64,000 nt of DNA from Rickettsiales bacterium. GTDB lineage: Bacteria; Pseudomonadota; Alphaproteobacteria; UBA8366. How positions within the stretch are numbered: position 1 is the stretch's first letter; every line of letters begins with the position of its first letter. Below the pieces are notes generated by a model, which worked only from the letters and a program-made list of their open reading frames with translations, was not told where the DNA came from and ran no database searches. The position numbers and the translations under genes are program-made. Below, piece by piece: positions 58,850 through 64,000 of this stretch. The stretch is taken from positions 14,114 to 78,113 of the forward strand of contig JAYPOZ010000005.1 of assembly GCA_038131165.1 (NCBI GenBank), written 5' to 3'.

Positions 58850-58920
58850 TCATTCCCGAGACGGCGGGAATCCAGAACGGAGGAAAGAAGGTAGTGGATT
58901 TCCGCCTTCTCGGGAATGAC
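58850..58920. repeat. REP-like doublet TCATTCCCG-N-CGGGAATCCA
   Basis: TCATTCCCGAGACGGCGGGAATCCAG ... TGGATTTCCGCCTTCTCGGGAATGAC, an inverted pair of ATTCCC-N8-GGGAAT-type units. Confidence 0.75.
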
Positions 58921-59201
58921 GGAGAGTATGCCTCCAAACTGACCGGTGCTGCTGCAAAGCAGCGTGGACAAAATGTCGATAATCTGCTACCCTCTCCACG
59001 CGTTCTTGGACAAGTGAAGCCAACAGTTTTTCCGAAATCATCCAAACGGCGACGCCCCGCCGTACCGCAGGCGCGGTAGGTTATTACCGCAATTCGCGGG
59101 CGCACGGGGCTGTTCTCCGATTTTTGCTAATGGCGCCGTGCGGCCATTTTTGTCCTTCGAGACGCCCGCTTGCGCGGCCCCTCTGGGTTGAAGGGAGTGG
59201 G

Positions 59202-60986
59202 CTACCCTGCCGCCAGCGCCTGGGCGTCTTCCAGCGTCACTTTGCCCCGGCGCAACAGCGCCACGGCCATCGGATCCTCGTCGGCGGGGATCGCCAGCGG
59301 GTCCTGCGGGCGCAGGCGGTGGTCGATGACCATGCGGGCCAGGATCAGGCGCCGCGCGTCCTCGCCCATGGCGCCCAGCTGCGCGCCTTCGCGGGCCATC
59401 AGCACCGCGCTGGTGATGTGATAGAGCGCGTCGGAGGCCTTGCGGGCCAGGGTCTCGTTGCCGGTGGTGGCGATCTCCTCGGCGACGGCGAGCGCGCGTT
59501 CCGTGGTGTTCTGCAGCGCGCCCCGGAACTGGCCCGGAATCTCCGGCGTGTCGGCGGCGAGATCCTGCAAGGCCTCGCCGAGCGCCTTGTGGGCGCCCAC
59601 CTTGGCGATGGCGCGGGTGGTGACGTCGAGCGCGTTGATGTTTGAGGTGCCTTCCCAGAGCACGCCCAGATGGGCGTCGCGCACGAGGCGGGAATTCACC
59701 CAATCCTCGATATAGCCGTTGCCGCCGCGCACCTCCATCGCGCCCGTGGCGACGGCGATGTTGTCGCGGCAGGTACGGAACTTGAGCAGCGGGGTGAGGA
59801 TGCGCATCAGCTCGGCCGCCTTCTTGTCGCCGGCATCGGCCCGTTCCAGTTGCTGGCCGGTATAGAACGACATCGAGAGCGCCTGCTCCGCCGGGACCAT
59901 CAGCTTCATCAGCTGGCGGCGCAGCAGCGGCTTTTCGATCAGAATCTCGCCGAAGGCCTCGCGGTTGCGGGCGACGGCGAGGGCTTCGTTCAGGCAGCGC
60001 CGCATCATGGCGGCGGCGCGGACTCCGTGCGAGAGGCGCGACATGTTGACCTGATCCAGCATCTGCTTGAGGCCCTGGTTCTTTCCCGGGCCGACTTCGC
60101 CCAGGGGATAGGCGACGGCGCCCTCGAAGACGATCTCGCCGGACGCCATCGACTTGGTGCCGAGCTTATCCTTCAGGCGCACGATCCGGTATTTGTTGCG
60201 GCTGCCGTCGTCGAGCCGGCGCGGCAGGGCGAAGAGGCCGAGCCCGGCGGTGCCGGGGGCGCCGCCTTCGGGGCGCGCCAGCAGCAGGGCGACGTCGCCG
60301 TCGGCGCAGGAGCAGAACCACTTGTCGCCGTAGAGCCGCCATTCGCCGTCTTCGTACTTGGCCGTGAGCTCGATCTGGCCGACGTCGGAGCCGCCGGTCT
60401 TCTCGGTCATGAACTGCGCGCTTTTCAGGATTTTATCCATGTCCTGGCTGTACATGCCGGGAAGGAAACGGTTCTTTACCTCTTCGCTGCCGTAGCGCTC
60501 GATCAGCAAGGCCGAAGTATCGGTGACCGAAATCGGGCACATCAGGCCGAATTCCGACTGCACGAACAGATACTGGAAGACGTATTTGGCGAGGCCCGGC
60601 ACCTTGTCCCGCCAGCCGTGGACGCCGGGGGTGCGCGACATGCAGTGGATGCCGAAATCGCCGAAGCCGATCTTCTCCATCTCGCGGTAGGCCGGGTGGA
60701 ACTCGATCCAGTCCTCGTCGCGCCCGAAACTGTCGCGGCTGTGCAGCACCGGCGCGTGGCGGTCCGACATCCGCGCCAGATCGTCGAGACGCCCGCCCGC
60801 GACCTCGCCGAGACGCCGGTAGTGGGGCGTCATGTGCGCGCGCAGATCGTCGGGCAGATAGAGCTTCAGCAGGTCCTGCAGGCTCTGGTCGATCTCGAAG
60901 AAGTTCTGACCGTGCGCATCCGGCGCGATCCAGTCCGAATTGGTTTTTTTCTCGCGGAGGTTCTCGGCGACGAGCAGGTCGTTCAT
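59202..60986 (-). CDS. acyl-CoA dehydrogenase, AidB-like
   Basis: FHPAY, CPISVT, MTEKTGGSDV, GDKWFCS, RLKDKLGTKSMASGE, GGNGYIE, WEGTSN; start MNDLL. Confidence 0.9.
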   Translation of the reverse strand: MNDLLVAENLREKKTNSDWIAPDAHGQNFFEIDQSLQDLLKLYLPDDLRAHMTPHYRRLGEVAGGRLDDLARMSDRHAPVLHSRDSFGRDEDWIEFHPAYREMEKIGFGDFGIHCMSRTPGVHGWRDKVPGLAKYVFQYLFVQSEFGLMCPISVTDTSALLIERYGSEEVKNRFLPGMYSQDMDKILKSAQFMTEKTGGSDVGQIELTAKYEDGEWRLYGDKWFCSCADGDVALLLARPEGGAPGTAGLGLFALPRRLDDGSRNKYRIVRLKDKLGTKSMASGEIVFEGAVAYPLGEVGPGKNQGLKQMLDQVNMSRLSHGVRAAAMMRRCLNEALAVARNREAFGEILIEKPLLRRQLMKLMVPAEQALSMSFYTGQQLERADAGDKKAAELMRILTPLLKFRTCRDNIAVATGAMEVRGGNGYIEDWVNSRLVRDAHLGVLWEGTSNINALDVTTRAIAKVGAHKALGEALQDLAADTPEIPGQFRGALQNTTERALAVAEEIATTGNETLARKASDALYHITSAVLMAREGAQLGAMGEDARRLILARMVIDHRLRPQDPLAIPADEDPMAVALLRRGKVTLEDAQALAAG

Positions 60987-61073
60987 GCGATCGGTTCCTT
61001 GGGCACGTGATCCTTGCCGGCGTTGTAGCGACCGGAAGGCTTGTCCCACAACCGATTTATTCGTAGGACTGAG

Positions 61074-61086
61074 TGAGTTTTAATCA
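61074..61086. promoter_or_regulatory. possible LysR binding box
   Basis: TGA-GTTTTAA-TCA (T-N11-A with dyad symmetry) just upstream of the LysR gene, in a divergent intergenic region. Confidence 0.4.
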
Positions 61087-61099
61087 ATCGAATACGCTT

Positions 61100-62017
61100 A
61101 TGGCCCGCCGTTTGCCCCCGCTCAATGCGCTTCGGAGCTTCGAGGTCGCCGCCAGACACGTGAGTTTCATTCACGCAGCCGAAGAGCTTGCGGTGACGCC
61201 GGGCGCGGTCAGCCGCCAGGTCAAGGCGCTGGAGCAGTGGCTCGGCGCACCCTTATTCCGCCGCGCCCATCGGCAGGTCTCGCTGACGCCTCTCGGCCGC
61301 TCCTATCTGGAAGCAGTGAGCGAGCCGCTCGAGGCCTTGGCGCTGGCGACCGACCGGGCCAGCCGCCGCGAGGCGTCCCGGCCGCTGGCGATCTACTGCT
61401 ATCCGACCTTCGCGCTCCGTTGGCTGGTGCCGCGCTGGGGCCGCTTCTACGACGCGTATCCGGAGATTGACGTGCAGCTGACCACGTCCCTGCATCCGGT
61501 CGATTTCTCCCGCGACGATTACGACGCGGCGATCCGGGTCGGCGACCGGCTCGACGTCCAGCCGGGGCTGACCGCCATGCGGCTCGTCGATGTCGAATTG
61601 ATCCCGGTCTGCGTTGCCGAAATCGCCGAGACGCTGAAGACGCCGTCCGATCTTGCGCAGGCCACCTTGTTGCACAACGCGCCGCGGCCCGACGATTGGC
61701 GGCGCTGGCTGGCGGCGGCGGGCGTGGACGACCCCGACGTCGATCCGGACGCGGGTCCGCGCTTCGACAGCCTCAACCTGTCGATCCAGGCCGCCATCGG
61801 CGGCGTCGGGGTCGGCATCGCGATTCGCGCCCTGGTCGAGGAAGAACTCGCGAGCGGGCGGCTGGTGCAGCCCTTCGGCCCGGCGCGGGTGTCGAGCCGG
61901 CCCTTCTACCTGACCTATCCGTCGCACCGCGCCCGGGACCGGCGGCTCGCCGCCTTTGCCGCGTGGCTGGGGGCGGAAGCGGGCACCGATCCCTCCTCGG
62001 CGGGAGCGATCCGATGA
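61100..62017 (+). CDS. LysR family regulator (GcvA-like)
   Basis: RRLPPLNALRSFEVAARHVSF..AAEELAVTPGAVSRQVK, RWLVPR, DAAIR. Confidence 0.93.
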   Translation: MARRLPPLNALRSFEVAARHVSFIHAAEELAVTPGAVSRQVKALEQWLGAPLFRRAHRQVSLTPLGRSYLEAVSEPLEALALATDRASRREASRPLAIYCYPTFALRWLVPRWGRFYDAYPEIDVQLTTSLHPVDFSRDDYDAAIRVGDRLDVQPGLTAMRLVDVELIPVCVAEIAETLKTPSDLAQATLLHNAPRPDDWRRWLAAAGVDDPDVDPDAGPRFDSLNLSIQAAIGGVGVGIAIRALVEEELASGRLVQPFGPARVSSRPFYLTYPSHRARDRRLAAFAAWLGAEAGTDPSSAGAIR

Positions 62018-62138
62018 GCCAGCGGGCGATTGCCCTCCGCCACGCCATAATGTCATCGCCCCCAGCGCCTGAACTGCCGGTTTCGCTGGCACAGGCGGCG
62101 CCCGGTCTGGCAAGCTCGGTTATCGCTGGGAGGGGCGC

Positions 62139-63333
62139 ATGACGTCGGTTATCCGGGGCGGCATTGTGATCGCGTGGCAGGGGGGCAGGCACCGCGTCCT
62201 GAAGCGGGGCGAGGTCGCGTTCGATGGCAACGAGATCGTGTTTGTCGGCGAGGCCTATGGCGGCGCGGCGGACGTGGTGATCGACGCGACGGGGCGCTTG
62301 GTCATCCCGGGGCTGGTCAACGCGCATCTGCATGTGACGGACACGCCCTACACCAAGGGGTTTCTCGAAGATACCGGCAGTTCCGCGAACACCGCGCAGG
62401 CGCAGAACTTCGTCTCGTTGTACAAGATATTGCCCGAAGTGCGTCACGCGACCGATCCGGATGCCCAGGCGGTCGCCGCCGAATGCGCCTTCGCGGAGCT
62501 GGCGCGCACGGGATCGACCACGGTGGTCGAACTCGGCTACGATTTCGAGGTCGGCGGCGACGGCGATATCGCGCTGACCGAGCGGGTGGCGGCCATCGCC
62601 GGCGATCTGGGGTTGCGCTGCTATTCGGGGCCGCGCTACCGCACAAAGCATTACGGCTACGACGGCGACGGCTCGGTGTTCTATCGCGATTACGACCGGC
62701 GGGGGTGGCCGCGCTTCGAGGCCTGCGTCGACTTCTGCCGGACCTGGAACGGCCGCTACGACGACCGGCTGCGCACCATGCTGGCGCCGGGGCAGGTCGA
62801 TACCTGCGATGCGGATCTCCTGGAGGCGACGCGCGAGGCGGCCGACCGCGCTGGCGTGTTGGTCCAAATTCACGCCGGCCAGTCGCCCAACGAATACCAG
62901 CGTGTTCTGGCGACGCAGGGCAAGACCACGGTCGAATACCTGCGCGACACGGGGTTGCTGGGGCCCGACTTCATCATCGGGCACGGTCAGTGCATGACCG
63001 CGGACGGCGACATCGGCAGCCTGACGGCGGACGAGGTCGCGGCGCTGCGCGACAGCGGGACGAGCGTCTGCCATCTGCCGTGGGTAAAGGCGCGGCGCGG
63101 CGGGGTGTAAGGCGGATATCGTGCTGGTCCGGATCGACACGCCGAAGGCGGCGCCGGTCTACGATCCCTTCAAGTTTCTGGTGCTGACCGCGAGTGGCGA
63201 GGATGTCGACCGGGTGATCGTGGACGGGCGCACCATCGTGGAGGACGGCGCGGTCCTGACGCTCGACGTGGCGGATGCGGTCCGCCGCCTCAACGCGGCG
63301 AGCGAGCGGGTCTGGGCCAGACTCGACTTGTAA
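62139..63333 (+). pseudogene. amidohydrolase with internal deletion/frameshift (62139..63110 plus 63121..63333)
   Basis: PGLVNAHLH, QIHAGQS, IIGHG, VCHLP, then TAA at 63108-63110; the C-terminal KADIVLV...DRVIVDGR continues in another frame; the GTD segment is missing. Confidence 0.72.
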
Positions 63334-63376
63334 GGCTCAGCCGATATTCTCCAGGCTCATATTCGAAAGAAACAAG

Positions 63377-64000
63377 ATGACAGATCGCGCCGCCAAATTA
63401 GCCCGAGCCAGAGGGTATCCCTATCCCTATCCGGGTCGCTCCTATCTCTGGCACGGGGGCGACATCCTGGATTTCGACCCCGCCGCGAAGGACGGCCGGA
63501 CGGCGGTGCTGGCGGTCGGCTCGAACCGGGCGCCGATCCGGCTCGACCAGAAGTTTCTCGGCAATACGAAAAGCTGGGTTCCGGTCCAGCATGCCCGTCT
63601 GCGGGATTTCGATATCGTCTATGCGGCGCATCTGACCCGTTACGGTTCGGTGCCGGCGATGCTTCAACGCGCGCCGGGGACCACGGTGGAGCTTGCCGTG
63701 ACCTGGCTTGACGACGAACAGCTCGAGATCATGCACGCCACCGAAGGCGGCTATCACTTTGCGGAGATCGGCGAGATCGAACTCGTCTACGACGACGGTG
63801 TCGCCGCCGACAGCGTGCATCTCTATGTCGGCCGGGAGGGTCATTTGGTACACGACGACCAGCCGATCGCGCTGATCGAAATCGCGGGCGAGGCTCGGCC
63901 TCATACGGCCCGCAACACCGCCGAGGTGCTGGAGATCGTCCACAGACGGGTGGCGCCCGAGGTGCCGCATGACGATTTCATCCTGCGGGTGATCGACGAT
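63377..64000 (+). CDS. hypothetical protein, gamma-glutamylcyclotransferase-like fold (3' truncated by window edge)
   Basis: Open frame MTDRAAKLARARGYPYPYP...VLAVGSN...YAAHLTRYGSVPA...MHATEG to the window end; absent from the track because it has no stop. Confidence 0.65.
   Translation, partial: MTDRAAKLARARGYPYPYPGRSYLWHGGDILDFDPAAKDGRTAVLAVGSNRAPIRLDQKFLGNTKSWVPVQHARLRDFDIVYAAHLTRYGSVPAMLQRAPGTTVELAVTWLDDEQLEIMHATEGGYHFAEIGEIELVYDDGVAADSVHLYVGREGHLVHDDQPIALIEIAGEARPHTARNTAEVLEIVHRRVAPEVPHDDFILRVIDD

Noticed and set aside
55605-58920. Palindromic repeats as a CRISPR array or IS ends
   Set aside because: No regular repeat-spacer periodicity, no cas or transposase genes, no target-site duplications seen
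58921-59150. Non-coding stretch as a possible sRNA or riboswitch
   Set aside because: No recognisable RNA family motif by eye; an Rfam/Infernal scan would be needed
63108-63110. Stop in the amidohydrolase as recoding or a programmed frameshift
   Set aside because: The stop is TAA, there is no slippery site, and a whole catalytic segment is absent, which fits a deletion better

Overview
GC-rich bacterial chromosomal window, probably alphaproteobacterial (Rhodospirillales-like; inferred from gene content). It is densely packed with catabolic and redox genes and contains no rRNA, tRNA, CRISPR array or transposase that I can see. It opens with a partial recQ and a 3-hydroxybenzoate/gentisate cluster. 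It also carries transporters, a K+ channel, a molybdenum hydroxylase large subunit, six luciferase-like (LLM) flavin/F420 oxidoreductases, a PPK2 enzyme, a mitochondrial-type aconitase, a divergent leuCD-like pair, a BVMO/CoA operon, duplicated Asp/Glu-racemase-fold genes and several REP-like palindromes. The main finding is two genes 2.7 kb apart that the ORF track breaks at in-frame UGA codons sitting at catalytic cysteine positions, each followed by a SECIS-like hairpin. One is a MerB (organomercurial lyase)-like protein (UGA 22782-22784) and the other is a glutathione S-transferase (UGA 20076-20078). Both are probably selenoproteins, and they lie among LLM oxidoreductase and flavin reductase genes. 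Other notable features are a perfect 46-bp palindrome that creates mirror-image sigma70 promoters, a racemase-fold paralog pair with altered catalytic cysteines, a REC-TM-periplasmic protein next to a Hanks-type kinase, and an amidohydrolase with an internal deletion.
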